A DNA stretch of 63,395 nt from a virus (IMGVR_UViG_3300037205_000035:1-63395), one strand, 5' to 3'. Shown: positions 1 through 10,830, counted from the first letter of the stretch. Numbers and translations are program-made. Notes: generated by a model not told the origin, from the letters alone.

Positions 1-53
1 CGGAGTGACCCGCAACCCTGAACAGCACCCGGAGCATTGGAGGCTCCAAGTAC

Positions 54-317
54 ATGAAGACTATTCTCTCATTTCTCATGCTCGGCGCTTCGGCGTTCGG
101 GCAGCAGCCACCAGCCCCCGCACCGGCCCCAACCGAACTCGAACAGGTCAAGACCGAAAACGCCGCACTTCGCAAATACATCGCGGACTACGAAGTGTGG
201 GTCGAGAAAATCTACAACGCGGAAGTCGCCGCGAAGGCGTCCTGTTTAGGGCAGGCTCCAAAGGTTCCGCCTGCGCCTCCCGCAGCGCCCGCAACCCCGG
301 AGAAAGGAAAACAGTGA
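54..317 (+). CDS. Hypothetical protein with signal-peptide-like N-terminus and short coiled coil
   Basis: MKTILSFLMLGASAFG-Q; stop overlaps the next start (GTGA). Confidence 0.6.
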   Translation: MKTILSFLMLGASAFGQQPPAPAPAPTELEQVKTENAALRKYIADYEVWVEKIYNAEVAAKASCLGQAPKVPPAPPAAPATPEKGKQ

Positions 318-700
318 CCGCTCTCGAAGAACAAACCGAACTTCAGCATCACAACTACGGACGACCTGTAGTCTGGATAGCTTCAGATCGCAGAGATAAC
401 GGCGCAGAAAATTCCGCCATCTTCACATCTTTCGACGAGGCCGTGAGGTTCCTAAAATTTGGAATCTACGGGATCGATTGGACGAACTGGAAACCAGATC
501 CGAGATTGCAATATCCATACGAAGATCGAGACGGCAGCGACTGTCCCGAACTCAATCCGAAATTCGTCGTTCATTTCGATGGCGGCATAGGTACTGTTGC
601 AAAGACCTCGGTTGCACATAAGTTCGACTGGGGCGCGAAATATCGGATGGAGCAACTGGGATTTGCATCTGGGCCGCACGCCGCAGCGGAGGCAAAGTGA
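314..700 (+). CDS. Hypothetical protein
   Basis: GTG start after AAGGA, in frame with ORF 5..700, coupled to both neighbours. Confidence 0.55.
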   Translation: MTALEEQTELQHHNYGRPVVWIASDRRDNGAENSAIFTSFDEAVRFLKFGIYGIDWTNWKPDPRLQYPYEDRDGSDCPELNPKFVVHFDGGIGTVAKTSVAHKFDWGAKYRMEQLGFASGPHAAAEAK

Positions 701-1086
701 TCCTCGCCATTCTCGCAGCCATCGCTGCACAAGCTACCGCCCCACCCGCACCAGCACCGCCAATCGCTGGCACTCTTTGCCCCACGGCAGAGAGTTTTCA
801 AATAGGCGTCTGGACAGTGTGGGGAAACCTCCCCAGCGGACAGCCAGTGTACATCTGCAAGCCATTGATCCTCACGCCGCAACCGTCGCAGATATATAAG
901 CCTACAGTGCCGCTTCTTACAGTCACATTAAGTTGCAAGGTAGCGCGGCTCTACCTCAATGGTATGCACATCTCAAACCTCAACGGGGACTACACGCTGG
1001 ACCCCACCGGCCTTGTCGTCACCTTCGTCAAGCAAGTTCCGGGTATGGGACCGGATGATGCCCTTCTCGTCGATTATGTGTGCTGA
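697..1086 (+). CDS. Hypothetical protein, signal-peptide-like N-terminus, beta-rich C-terminus (possible tail-associated)
   Basis: MILAILAAIAAQ; LYLNG...GDYTL...VTF...DALLVDY is typical of phage tail beta-sandwich modules. Confidence 0.5.
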   Translation: MILAILAAIAAQATAPPAPAPPIAGTLCPTAESFQIGVWTVWGNLPSGQPVYICKPLILTPQPSQIYKPTVPLLTVTLSCKVARLYLNGMHISNLNGDYTLDPTGLVVTFVKQVPGMGPDDALLVDYVC

Positions 1087-1544
1087 TGCGACAAAAGTAC
1101 CACAGTTACTCCCGCAAGCGCGGGCGGAAGCCAGGCTCAAAGCGAATGCCGTGGCCGTCACCGTGGATCGTAAGCGTGTGGCGGCTGCTCCCTTGCCTGG
1201 GTTACCGGCTGAGTTGCGAAGCGGTAGAAGCGGCGGCGGTTTATTTTGCGGATCGGCCCAATCCCTGAACAGCGGGCAGAGGGCCGGAAGCGATCAGGCT
1301 CAGTTACGGAAGCAAATCAATCCCCAGAAGTAGCAGGTAACCGGGCAGGGCGGACCTTGAAAACAGTCCCCACCCTCCATGTACGCCGAACCAGCCTCGC
1401 AGTTCTGGCTGGCCTTGACCGGCGACCCGGAAGACATGCAGAGCATCGCAACGGCGGCGAGTGCGCTTTTAAATTTGATCATGCCAGTACAGTGCCACAT
1501 TCTCGGAAAATTCTCAAACTATTATTATGGCGTAATCATTACAC

Positions 1545-1574
1545 TTGACCTATGCCTATTCGACATAGTAGGAT
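1545..1574 (+). promoter_or_regulatory. Putative sigma70 promoter of the HTH gene, overlapping an ACCTATGCCTA operator-like site
   Basis: TTGACC-18-TAGGAT; ACCTATGCCTA at 1548-1558. Confidence 0.45.
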
Positions 1575-1583
1575 AATAATAAG

Positions 1584-1805
1584 TTGGCTATAGATCCAAA
1601 GATTTTGAACTCAAAGGGTGTACGATTCGGGGCACTAATCCTCAACATATCTGAGGTTAGTAGGAGAACTGGCCTTAGTCAGTCCTATGTGTCCCGCATC
1701 TTACACGGTAAAAGATACCCTAATCTTCTAGTCTGTAAGAAGTTGTGCGATATTCTCTGTATGGATCTCGATGATTTCCTAGCTACTATACAGGAGAGAT
1801 CTTGA
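1584..1805 (+). CDS. XRE/Cro-family helix-turn-helix regulator
   Basis: NISEVSRRTGLSQSYVSRILHGKRYPNL HTH signature. Confidence 0.85.
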   Translation: MAIDPKILNSKGVRFGALILNISEVSRRTGLSQSYVSRILHGKRYPNLLVCKKLCDILCMDLDDFLATIQERS

Positions 1806-1860
1806 GCTTCGTTCAATTCGCCGGAACTACAATGTATTTAAGAGGGTCGGCTAAACTTTA

Positions 1861-1892
1861 ACCTTGCCTATTAGGCATAGGTGTGGTAACCT
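1861..1892 (+). promoter_or_regulatory. Promoter with inverted-repeat operator upstream of the helicase
   Basis: TTGCCT-17-(TGg)TAACCT; ACCTTGCCTA-T-TAGGCATAGGT inverted repeat at 1861-1882. Confidence 0.5.
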
Positions 1893-1900
1893 ACATTTGG

Positions 1901-3460
1901 ATGAAAATTCCTTCCCCACAATCTGTAGGATTACCTGAGAAATTCCCCAAGTGGAGATCAGGTCAAGAGGAAGCTATAGCACTCTGTCTTGAGAATCCCA
2001 AGAGAGCTACTGTTTTGAGTGCACCCACAGGTTCTGGCAAGACGATCTCATATGTGGCAGCAGCATTACTATCAAAACTTCCAACTGTAATCGTTACAGA
2101 ATCCAAAGGATTGCAGAATCAGTTGATGCAGGACTTTTCAGAGATAGGGATGGTTGATATACGTGGTAGGAAAAACTACCAGTGTGATCTTAAGCCAGAT
2201 TACACCTGTGAAGAAGGCCACGCTGCTAGATGCCCGTACAAGGGGACTATTGGATGCCCTTCATCCCAAGCTGAAATGGCTGCTGCTAGTTCTAACCTAG
2301 TTGTTACCAACTATGCTAAATGGTGTGCGTCTAAGAAGTATGGGCAAGGAATGCAGCACTTCCAACAAGTGATATTTGATGAATGCCACTCTGCACCTCA
2401 CGCTCTCGCATCAGCAATGCAAGTAGTTCTCAACCATAAAGAGATTGAGGAGGGGCTTAAGATTCCATTCCCTGCTTCCTCTACTGCTGTTGACTTCCCT
2501 AACTGGAAACCTTGGGCATCTGCTGCTAAAGTGATTGCTGAGGCTGCAATGATTACAGCCCAAGCACGTATTACTGGCATCTCTGACCCAAAGCCTAGCT
2601 GGGTTAAGCACTATACCCACATGCGTAATCTGATGCGGAGACTAGCAACTCTAGCAACAGCTAATCCTCGTGAATGGATCGTAGAAGAGGTAGAGGCTGG
2701 ATATCAGTTTGACCCTATACGTCCCGGCAAGTATGCTGAGGCTGCTCTGCTGTTTAGGATTCCCAAGATTATTGCTGTAAGTGCCACAATCCGGCCTAAG
2801 ACAATGTACATGATTGGGATTGGAAAGGATAACTTTGAATTTAAGGAGTTTGATTCCAGTTTTGATAGAAAGCGTTGCCCAATATACTACATCCCAACAA
2901 TGCGTGTGGACGCTCGGAATCCTGATCTACGAATGTTGTGGGTTAAGCTTGATCAAATTGCAGCTAAACGGAGGGATAGAAAAGGTCTAGTACATACTAT
3001 CTCTTATACTCGGCGTGATGACATTCTCAATACTAGTCGTTTTGCTTCTTCGATGATCATCAACCCTAAAGGTGAGCCTACTGCTGACACTATTGAGCAG
3101 TACATAGATTCTCCTCCAGGAACTATCCTTGTCAGTCCTAGTATGGGGACTGGGTATGACTTCGCTGGTAAAACCTGTGAATGGCAGTTCATTTGCAAAA
3201 TACCGTTTGAGCCACCATCTAAGATTGTCAAGGCGAGAGAGGCCGATGACAAGGAGTACAGGGCATATCAAGCAATGCAGGGTCTGGTTCAAATGTGTGG
3301 CCGACCAATGCGAAGTAAAGAAGATCAAGCTGAGACGTTCATTTGTGACGATCATATTCAATGGTTTCTACCAAAATATGCTCATCTTGCACCCCGCAGT
3401 TTTCACGGATTTTTTAATCAGGTATCCATAGTTCCTGCACCACCTCCGAGGTTGCCGTAA
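1901..3460 (+). CDS. SF2 DinG/Rad3-like helicase
   Basis: Q motif (WRSGQ), Walker A APTGSGKT, Cys cluster, DECH, SAT, QMCGRPMR; ATG at 1901 preferred. Confidence 0.85.
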   Translation: MKIPSPQSVGLPEKFPKWRSGQEEAIALCLENPKRATVLSAPTGSGKTISYVAAALLSKLPTVIVTESKGLQNQLMQDFSEIGMVDIRGRKNYQCDLKPDYTCEEGHAARCPYKGTIGCPSSQAEMAAASSNLVVTNYAKWCASKKYGQGMQHFQQVIFDECHSAPHALASAMQVVLNHKEIEEGLKIPFPASSTAVDFPNWKPWASAAKVIAEAAMITAQARITGISDPKPSWVKHYTHMRNLMRRLATLATANPREWIVEEVEAGYQFDPIRPGKYAEAALLFRIPKIIAVSATIRPKTMYMIGIGKDNFEFKEFDSSFDRKRCPIYYIPTMRVDARNPDLRMLWVKLDQIAAKRRDRKGLVHTISYTRRDDILNTSRFASSMIINPKGEPTADTIEQYIDSPPGTILVSPSMGTGYDFAGKTCEWQFICKIPFEPPSKIVKAREADDKEYRAYQAMQGLVQMCGRPMRSKEDQAETFICDDHIQWFLPKYAHLAPRSFHGFFNQVSIVPAPPPRLP

Positions 3461-4046
3461 TGACTACAGGTACACAAGCTCCTGACAATGCAGACAAGAT
3501 AGTTTATAATTCACTATCCGGCTCTGGTACTTATTACATCTGGCTTAGTGAGTTTGGCTTCTGGTGCTGGGCAGCACTAGGTAATAGTGGCAAGGCTGTT
3601 ACTAGGTATGATGCTGAGCAGCAAGCTAAGAGGTGGATCAGAAGTGAACACTGAGATACTAGACGAGCGCATATTAGAGCGGCTAGACGAACTTAAGCGC
3701 ACAGTTCAGATTCACAGTCAGGTTATAGAGAGGCAGTTTCCACCTAATACTGTAGTGGATGAGTCTCTTAACAGTATCGAGATGAGTGTAATTTTACTCA
3801 ACTCGTGTATTAAAGAAAGGTTGGGTTGCTGATGGAGCAGAGGGCTAAAACGTCAAAACCGCCCCTGACGATACAGATACAATTCGCATGTGGGTGTGGA
3901 TTTACAACAGACGTGCTAAGAGCAGCGGAAGAACATGCGTTTTTGCATGACCATTCCTTAACCGTAACCGGGATGATTCGTTCACCCCACCGTGAAGTTA
4001 ATAGACAACCACGAGAGCAGAAAATAGAAAGGGAGTTCAAATACTA

Positions 4047-4949
4047 ATGGCATTGCCAAAGAAAAACGTGCCCGAACTTGAAATCGTCAATATCGGGTCA
4101 CTTGAGTTTTACACAGCGGGATTCAGCATTCCTGAAGGTAACTACACTTGGAAAGATGCAAGTGTGGTTATGCACGCCGGATTCAAAGAGAATAGCAATC
4201 AAAAAGCCCGATTGGGTGTAATGATTACGCTTGTTCCTGAAGACGCCCCAACCGAAGAGAAGAAGCAGTTTTATTCTTTCGGTAGCAACGCTGATAAGAG
4301 CTTTGCCCCCAACCCACATACGGGTAAGAGCGTTGTTCTTGTCCCCGGTGCTGCTGGCAACAGTATGCCAGATAGCACTAACTGGGTTGTTCTTCTCCGT
4401 TCTCTGTATGATAGCGGGCTTCCCAGTGGGGTATTTGTGGGAGACTTCTCAGTGTTTGATGGCCTGAAGTGCCACATGACCAGCATTCCTGAACCAGAGG
4501 AGAGAAAGGGTTTTGCTCAATCCCAGACTGGGGAAGCTCAAGCAGAACCCCGCCGCACCAACCAGATTGCCATCGTTACCGAGATCCTGCATGGGCCTTG
4601 GGATGGTGAAGAAACTCCTAAGAAGGCCACAGCCACAACTAAGCCTACAGCAAAACCTGTAGCTAAGAAGGCTGAGCCTGAACCAGAACCTGAGGAAACT
4701 GAGACAGCTACTGATGATGATGTAAAAGCTATTGCAGTAGCGGCTATCAGTGACGTACTTGAGAAAGAGCCGGAAGGTACTCTTAAACTCAAGGCGCGTA
4801 CTACAGCATTCGGCATCATCAAAAAGAAACATGGGGATGATGCAGCACAGGCAGCTACTGAACAGTTCTTCAGCAACGATAATGCTTTTAACAGCATTCT
4901 CGGAGAGCTTGGATATAAAGTGGCTGGCCCGAAGATCGTTCCTGCCTAG
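4047..4949 (+). CDS. Hypothetical replication-module protein (possible ssDNA-binding protein)
   Basis: 300 aa with K/P/E-rich linker; position between helicase and nuclease/AAA genes; function inferred from context only. Confidence 0.4.
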   Translation: MALPKKNVPELEIVNIGSLEFYTAGFSIPEGNYTWKDASVVMHAGFKENSNQKARLGVMITLVPEDAPTEEKKQFYSFGSNADKSFAPNPHTGKSVVLVPGAAGNSMPDSTNWVVLLRSLYDSGLPSGVFVGDFSVFDGLKCHMTSIPEPEERKGFAQSQTGEAQAEPRRTNQIAIVTEILHGPWDGEETPKKATATTKPTAKPVAKKAEPEPEPEETETATDDDVKAIAVAAISDVLEKEPEGTLKLKARTTAFGIIKKKHGDDAAQAATEQFFSNDNAFNSILGELGYKVAGPKIVPA

Positions 4950-5320
4950 ATTCTCCTACTAGCAGGTTGGCTGGGGGGCCAGAAATGGCCTCCCGTTTTC
5001 AGATGAAAGGATATATGTACAACGAAACAGAACAGTATCAAGCTAAAGCTGAAGCATCTGGTATAAAGACTAACCACATGCCTCTAAGCCCTAAGCCCTG
5101 GAAAAACAAAAGCATTGAAGAGAAGTTAGAGTCTTTACGTGAAAGCCAACAGGATATACGTAGATCACTTCACTACACGGCAAATGACGCCCAGAGAGCT
5201 AAAGAGGCTGCATACAAGCATGAGCACTCTGCTCATACAGGTGAGGTTGTACTAGCCCCCTCAAAGCTAGAAAACAGAGATAACGATTGTGGTTCATCTT
5301 ATGATCCACTTGCATAGCGT

Positions 5321-5935
5321 ATGATTGTACACGAGATCCCCGCTGAAATATCGCTACCAGAACCACTGACGCCTAGATCAGCGGGGATTCACGTTTCCGG
5401 GATTATACGGGCAATAGCTACTGAGGCTGGCATCCTGAAGCCTGAAGTAGCTGAAGAAGTATCACTAGTTGATGCCCGCTCTATTACTGATCCTGTAGCT
5501 ATTCTCCGAATATCGTTAGGGTTGGCGTGGGAGGAGTACTATCTGCCCAAAGTTCCCGGCCTCATTGACCATCCGGGTGAGATGAAAGTGGATGGCGTCT
5601 ACATGACACATGACGGGGAAAGTCTTGATGTAATCACTACAGAGCATACTCAACGATACGAGACTGTATGCCATGAGTGCAAACTTACTTGGAAGAGTAC
5701 TAAGACTGTTGGTGATCTCAGCAATCAGTTCATGTGGCTTTGTCAGATTAAAGCGTACTGCAAAGGATTGAACACAAGGTTTGCAAAGCTACACGTCTAT
5801 TTTGTGTGTGGCGATTACACTTACCCGATTCGTCCTCAGTTACGGGTTTGGTTGATTGAGTTCTCCGAGGAAGAGATTGATGGTAACTGGGACATGCTGA
5901 TAGACTACCGAGATGTTTTCGTACAAGGACAATGA
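5321..5935 (+). CDS. PD-(D/E)XK exonuclease-like protein
   Basis: THDG...HECKLTW...QIKAYC (D..ExK..QxxxY pattern). Confidence 0.65.
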   Translation: MIVHEIPAEISLPEPLTPRSAGIHVSGIIRAIATEAGILKPEVAEEVSLVDARSITDPVAILRISLGLAWEEYYLPKVPGLIDHPGEMKVDGVYMTHDGESLDVITTEHTQRYETVCHECKLTWKSTKTVGDLSNQFMWLCQIKAYCKGLNTRFAKLHVYFVCGDYTYPIRPQLRVWLIEFSEEEIDGNWDMLIDYRDVFVQGQ

Positions 5936-6789
5936 TACTACCTAACTCATTTCTACGTGATGGCTTTGTGAGTGCTGAGACAGCCCGCAAACGCCGATTT
6001 CTTCCCGGCTTACAACGTCCGGGTATTCTGATTGGTACTGAGGGAGAGACTAACACAGGAAAGACAGAGTTCATCCTGTCTTGTCCCGGCCCCGGCATCG
6101 TGCTTGCTGTAGACCGAATGTACGATGCTGTTCTTGACAACCCAGAACCCCCAGTCTCCCGCAATGACAATTTTGCTTTCAAAGAGATCAAGTTGTCAAT
6201 GGCGACTATGGCAGAGGATCACAAGGCAGTCTGGAAGTCATTCTATGAGGACTACATCAAAGCTCTTGCTAACCCAGATGCTAGAACAGTAGGCATTGAC
6301 GGGGATAGTGATACATGGGAGGTGCAGAGACTTGCTGAGTTTGGTAAACTCACTCAAATTCCATCTATCATGTACGTTGGTGTCAATGCGGCTAGGCGTG
6401 TAATGATTGCACGAGCATTTGATAGTGGCAAGATTGTTGTTGCCACTAACAAGGTCAAGCATGAGTATGTGACAGTCAGAGATGAAGAAGGGAACCCGAA
6501 GCTGAGCAAGGATGGGAAGGAAGTAAGAGAGAAGAGTGGGGATTTTGTCAGGCAGGGGTTTGATGATGACAACTACTTATGGCATATCCAATTGCGGCAT
6601 CTGAGAAAAGACGCTTACATCAACCCTAAGACTGGCAAAGAAGTTAAGACTCAGTTTGGTATTAGGATTCTGAAGTGCAAGAGTAATCCGGGGTTGAAAG
6701 GTGAGGAGTTGTGGGGCAGTGATGCTAACTTTGCTGGACTTGTGCAGTTAGCATATCCCAATACCGAGATAGGAGAGTGGGGTTTATGA
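5932..6789 (+). CDS. P-loop AAA ATPase (Sak4-like)
   Basis: Walker A GETNTGKT, Walker B-like VGIDGD, next to the exonuclease. Confidence 0.65.
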   Translation: MILPNSFLRDGFVSAETARKRRFLPGLQRPGILIGTEGETNTGKTEFILSCPGPGIVLAVDRMYDAVLDNPEPPVSRNDNFAFKEIKLSMATMAEDHKAVWKSFYEDYIKALANPDARTVGIDGDSDTWEVQRLAEFGKLTQIPSIMYVGVNAARRVMIARAFDSGKIVVATNKVKHEYVTVRDEEGNPKLSKDGKEVREKSGDFVRQGFDDDNYLWHIQLRHLRKDAYINPKTGKEVKTQFGIRILKCKSNPGLKGEELWGSDANFAGLVQLAYPNTEIGEWGL

Positions 6790-7178
6790 GTGGGTTTGAT
6801 GCAGTGCTCAGTTTGGTCAGTATCTCATCTTTACTCTGGATAATATTTAATTCTAGGGATAAATCAGATGGGCTAATATGTGATGATTGTGACTCAGAGA
6901 TATTGGCCTACTCTTCTCACATCCCACTTGAAGCCCTCAAAGCCATATCAGCCATCTATGAGGAAGGTGCGGAGAAATATGGGGATGTGGACAACTGGAA
7001 GACTAAGTACAAGTCTGAGGAAGCTCTTGAGGAGAGGCTTAAGCACGCTCAAATTCACCTATTGAAGTGGGTTTCAGGGGCTGAAACTGGTGAGGATGAC
7101 ATAGCGAAAGTAGCATGGTTCTGCTGCATGGTGATTTATATGCGAGAGAGGCACGGCATTGAATTGCCGCGAGAGTAA
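6786..7178 (+). CDS. dATP/dGTP diphosphohydrolase (DUF5664)-like protein
   Basis: IPLEAL...EEGAEKYG..NWK...HL..W..G...EDDIAKVAW. Confidence 0.7.
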   Translation: MSGFDAVLSLVSISSLLWIIFNSRDKSDGLICDDCDSEILAYSSHIPLEALKAISAIYEEGAEKYGDVDNWKTKYKSEEALEERLKHAQIHLLKWVSGAETGEDDIAKVAWFCCMVIYMRERHGIELPRE

Positions 7179-7187
7179 TCATTACAC

Positions 7188-7916
7188 TTGATTCTTGTCG
7201 ATTCACGTACTGGCAGCATTGAACTCCTGCCCATCATGAAGAAGCTGCAACTGCCTTGTGAGTCTGCAACTCTTGAGTATGGTGATTTTGCACTGGAGGG
7301 TAATGGCCCCAATGGTAGGATAGCTATTGGTATTGAGCGCAAGACTCTTCATGACTTACTCAGTTGCATTGATGATTCCAGGTATGCTGCTCATCAGCGC
7401 CCCGGCATGATGAGGATGTATGATAAGAGCTTCCTGATTCTGGAGGGATGCTGGAAGCCCCACGAGGAAGGCTTCTTAATGGAGGGGTTTAGGGCAGGTC
7501 AAAGTTGGGGATTCTGCAAGTATCGAACTCAGAGAGTGATGTATGCTAAGCTTCGCCGGTACTTATTCAGCATATCCTTGTCTGGTGTGGTGGTCATCTA
7601 CTCACGAGATCCATTCCAGACTGCATACGATATCGGAGAGTTGTACCATTACTTTAGCAAGAAGTGGGAAAATCACACCTCCCTGCTCAGCGTGCAACAG
7701 CTTGCCATACCTGATGTGAGGGGGACTATACCGTTAGTGAGGAAGTGGGCAGCACAAGTTACAGATGTTGGAGTCAAGTTGAGTCTGGAAGCTGAGAAGC
7801 TATTCAAGACTCCATTCAAGTTGGCGAATGCAGCAGAAGAAGAATGGCTGCAATTGCCTAGAGTGGGTGTGAAAACAGCAAGACAAATTGTAAAGGAGAT
7901 ACGAAATTGGAAGTGA
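7188..7916 (+). CDS. ERCC4 (XPF/Mus81-like) endonuclease with C-terminal HhH
   Basis: ILVDSR, GDF, IERKT..DL, LPRVGVKTA. Confidence 0.85.
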   Translation: MILVDSRTGSIELLPIMKKLQLPCESATLEYGDFALEGNGPNGRIAIGIERKTLHDLLSCIDDSRYAAHQRPGMMRMYDKSFLILEGCWKPHEEGFLMEGFRAGQSWGFCKYRTQRVMYAKLRRYLFSISLSGVVVIYSRDPFQTAYDIGELYHYFSKKWENHTSLLSVQQLAIPDVRGTIPLVRKWAAQVTDVGVKLSLEAEKLFKTPFKLANAAEEEWLQLPRVGVKTARQIVKEIRNWK

Positions 7917-8353
7917 ACTTAAACACATACGCTGCTGAAGTCCATGCAGCAAATGCTAAATGGTGGATCTGCTTGAAGTGCAACCAAACAGGATTCATTC
8001 ATGTGGTTGGACAGAGAGTAACTGGGGATACTACCCCTATCATAGTATCTGTTCCATGCCCTTACTGTAAGGATGGCAGACTAGAACGTAATGTGGGGGA
8101 ACTGCTTGCTTTAGTGCATTCAGAAATTAGTGAGGGTCTTGAGGGCCATCGTAAGGATTTAATGGATGACAAGCTGCCCCATCGTAAAATGTTTGAGGTA
8201 GAGCTTGCTGATGCTCTAATCCGAATCTTTGACATAGGTGCAGGATTAGGGCTTGATCTGGAAGGTGCATACCGGGAAAAGATGGAGTATAACAAAAACA
8301 GGGAGGATCACAAAATACAGAGCAGGCTAGCCCAAGGGGGTAAGAGGTACTAG
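7907..8353 (+). CDS. MazG-like NTP pyrophosphohydrolase with CxxC..CxxC insert
   Basis: LALVHSEISEGLE...EVELADALIRIFD. Confidence 0.8.
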   Translation: MEVNLNTYAAEVHAANAKWWICLKCNQTGFIHVVGQRVTGDTTPIIVSVPCPYCKDGRLERNVGELLALVHSEISEGLEGHRKDLMDDKLPHRKMFEVELADALIRIFDIGAGLGLDLEGAYREKMEYNKNREDHKIQSRLAQGGKRY

Positions 8354-8448
8354 TGTAATGATTACGTTTGATGCAGCGCCGAAACGTGCCGCGTAGAGGA
8401 GTGCGGGCCTTTTGAGGCAGCGCGGTAACCCCGCGAAAGGAAAAGAAG

Positions 8449-8727
8449 GTGATGACTATTTGGAAATTTCCACTTGCCACAGTTGACGAGCAGACTATCG
8501 TGATGCCGATAGTAAACCGGCCGCTAACGATCCAGATACAAAACGGACAGCCCTGCTATTGGGCTATCGTCGATCCAGCAAGCCGGAACATCCGGGTTAC
8601 GATCCGAACTTTCGGAACCGGACATCCGGGAGTTGCGGACTCGATGAATTACCTGGGTACTTACCAGCTACACGAGAGATCGCTTGTATTCCATGTATTC
8701 GCGGACGGCTGGTTTGAGTCGCGGTAA
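8449..8727 (+). CDS. Small phage protein bracketed by a 15-bp direct repeat
   Basis: TIWKFPL...FGTGH...YLGTYQ...VFHVF; CGCGGTAACCCCGCG at 8421-8435 and 8720-8734. Confidence 0.65.
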   Translation: MMTIWKFPLATVDEQTIVMPIVNRPLTIQIQNGQPCYWAIVDPASRNIRVTIRTFGTGHPGVADSMNYLGTYQLHERSLVFHVFADGWFESR

Positions 8728-9250
8728 CCCCGCGTGGAGGAATTTATGACCATAAACGATCTGCAAAAAGTATGGGTTCCCTGAGAGGGTGTAATGATTA
8801 CAACTCTCTACACAGCCGAAGAACAAAAGAAGTGGCACGAAGCACACCCAACAGAGAAGATGAAGATAGATGGCGGCTGGTACCACTTCCCAACAGGTGA
8901 TATCATGTACACCCACAGTAACACTCAAATGGTCCCATGCACTCAATTCACGCCTTGGGATGACATCTTTCTAGCACTCAAGAGAGGATGCTCAATACGG
9001 CTAATCAGATGATTACAGCAAGATCAGGAGATGTATACAAGTACTTAGATGCTAGAACCAGAAAGAGTGTGCTGGTTGAGTGTATCCTAGGCCAGCTACA
9101 GGTTAGGTATGACGAGGATAATCTAGCCCACACTGAACCAGAAGTGTACACCCAAGCGTATGCAGATAGCATAGTTAGGCAGATGAACAGTCGGACAAGC
9201 AGCCTAGTATTAGATTTTGCACGCTACTTGCTTATTACTAGAATAACTGC

Positions 9251-10621
9251 ATGAGCCGCTGTTCCTTATGCCCAAATGTCAACAACTGTGTATCACCCTC
9301 TGGCCCTGAGGACAGCCCCTATATCCTACTCGGTGAAGCGCCCGGAGTTGAAGAAAATAGGAAGGAGATGCCATTTGTCGGGAAGACTGGACGTGAACTT
9401 AACGAGCATTACTTGCCTCTCGCGGGACTTAGACGCAATTCTGTCAGAGTCCATAATGCGATCTCCTGCTATCCAACAAGCAATCAGGGAAAGCTTGATC
9501 CCAAGTCGAGTAAAGATAGTGAGCTACTTTCTGTCTGTGCCGCCCACCATCTGTATCCAGAACTTGAGCGACGTACCCATAAGCTTATCGTGCCAATGGG
9601 TAATTTTGCCTGTAGAGCCATTGACCCTACGATAGATTTAGAATTGCAGCATGGAATCCCACTTAAAACTAAGTGGGGTCCAGTTTTTCCAATGTACCAC
9701 CCTGCTGGCGGCATTCACATGCCTAAGGCAATTCTTAAAATTCGCACAGATTGGATCAGGCTCAAGAAATATATCAAGGGAACCCTACTTGAACCCTACG
9801 ATGAGTTTGAGGGTCAAGAAGACTACCGAGTAATAGACACTGTTGAGGAACTGGATGTAATCCTTACATATCAGTGGCAGCGCCCACTAGCTTGTGATAC
9901 TGAGACTATCAAAGGTGGGGCACCTTTCTGCTTCAGCTTCTCTGTTGATGCCGGAACTGGCTACCTGATATTGGCCTCACGTAGAGACTTATTGGATAGG
10001 CTACAGTGGCACTTAGATAAGTGGCGGGGAGTTATTCTCTGGCACAACTGGTTATTCGATGCTGAAGTTGTGCGAAGAATGAATCTCAGGTTCAACCGTA
10101 AGCTTATACGTGATACGATGGTGCTTGTGTTTCATATCGGAAACTTGCCCCAAGGCTTGAAGGCGCTTGCGTATCGAGAGCTAGGCATGACCATGATGGA
10201 TTTTATGGACATGGTTACTCCACACTCCAGGCAACGTGTCTTGAAATACTACAGAGACATGTATGCAGTAAAGTGGCCTAAGCCTGAAGCTCAAATGTTG
10301 CGAGATAAGGATGGGAAGTGGAAGGTAAAGCAGCCCCACACTCTAAACACCAAGCTTAAGAGCTTCTACACATACCTAGCCAAAGACCCTGACAAGAACG
10401 TGTTTGAGGCGTGGGATAACTGGGAAGATTCACATCAGATGATTCAAGATGAGTGTGGGGAGTATCCAGGTACCTGCATAACCCACGCTTGGGAAGATGA
10501 CCCTGCTAAAGTCATCTTCTATAGTGCGAGGGATGCTGACGCTTTACTGAGGATCTACCCAATCATTAAGGGCATGGCAACAAGAGTCCGTAGAGCACCA
10601 CAAGAATTGTGGCGGAATTGA
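9251..10621 (+). CDS. Family-4 uracil-DNA glycosylase fused to a 3'-5' exonuclease (N-terminal part of a split DNA polymerase A)
   Basis: CxxC, LLGEAPG..E...PFVG, MYHPA; then CDTET, HNWLFD, DTM, YSARDA exonuclease motifs. Confidence 0.85.
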   Translation: MSRCSLCPNVNNCVSPSGPEDSPYILLGEAPGVEENRKEMPFVGKTGRELNEHYLPLAGLRRNSVRVHNAISCYPTSNQGKLDPKSSKDSELLSVCAAHHLYPELERRTHKLIVPMGNFACRAIDPTIDLELQHGIPLKTKWGPVFPMYHPAGGIHMPKAILKIRTDWIRLKKYIKGTLLEPYDEFEGQEDYRVIDTVEELDVILTYQWQRPLACDTETIKGGAPFCFSFSVDAGTGYLILASRRDLLDRLQWHLDKWRGVILWHNWLFDAEVVRRMNLRFNRKLIRDTMVLVFHIGNLPQGLKALAYRELGMTMMDFMDMVTPHSRQRVLKYYRDMYAVKWPKPEAQMLRDKDGKWKVKQPHTLNTKLKSFYTYLAKDPDKNVFEAWDNWEDSHQMIQDECGEYPGTCITHAWEDDPAKVIFYSARDADALLRIYPIIKGMATRVRRAPQELWRN

Positions 10622-10830
10622 GGCGTAATCATTACATGCAATTCACACCAGTACCAAAGAACAAGCGGGCATCTATCAAACGCAACAAGCCATCAGTTAA
10701 TGTGAGGAAGTACTTCAACAAAGAGTTAGGGTCAGCACTGGATATAGTTGATCTATACCAGATTAGTAAGTGTGCCGACATAGCCAGAGACACCAGAGCT
10801 ACAAGGTACGATAGGAGACGGCCACAATGA
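10609..10830 (+). CDS. Small basic hypothetical protein between the two polymerase parts
   Basis: Overlaps both neighbours; start uncertain. Confidence 0.4.
   Translation: MAELRRNHYMQFTPVPKNKRASIKRNKPSVNVRKYFNKELGSALDIVDLYQISKCADIARDTRATRYDRRRPQ

Noticed and set aside
5-313. N-terminal extension of ORF 5..700 and other long overlapping ORFs in GC-rich parts
   Set aside because: Overlaps the better-supported gene 54..317; a GTG with SD exists at 314.
6786-8353. DUF5664 + MazG as a sign of a 2-aminoadenine (Z) genome
   Set aside because: No PurZ homolog recognised; both families are common in ordinary phages.
10609-10830. Group I intron or intein splitting the polymerase
   Set aside because: Short, no recognisable core elements, and both parts have their own start and stop.
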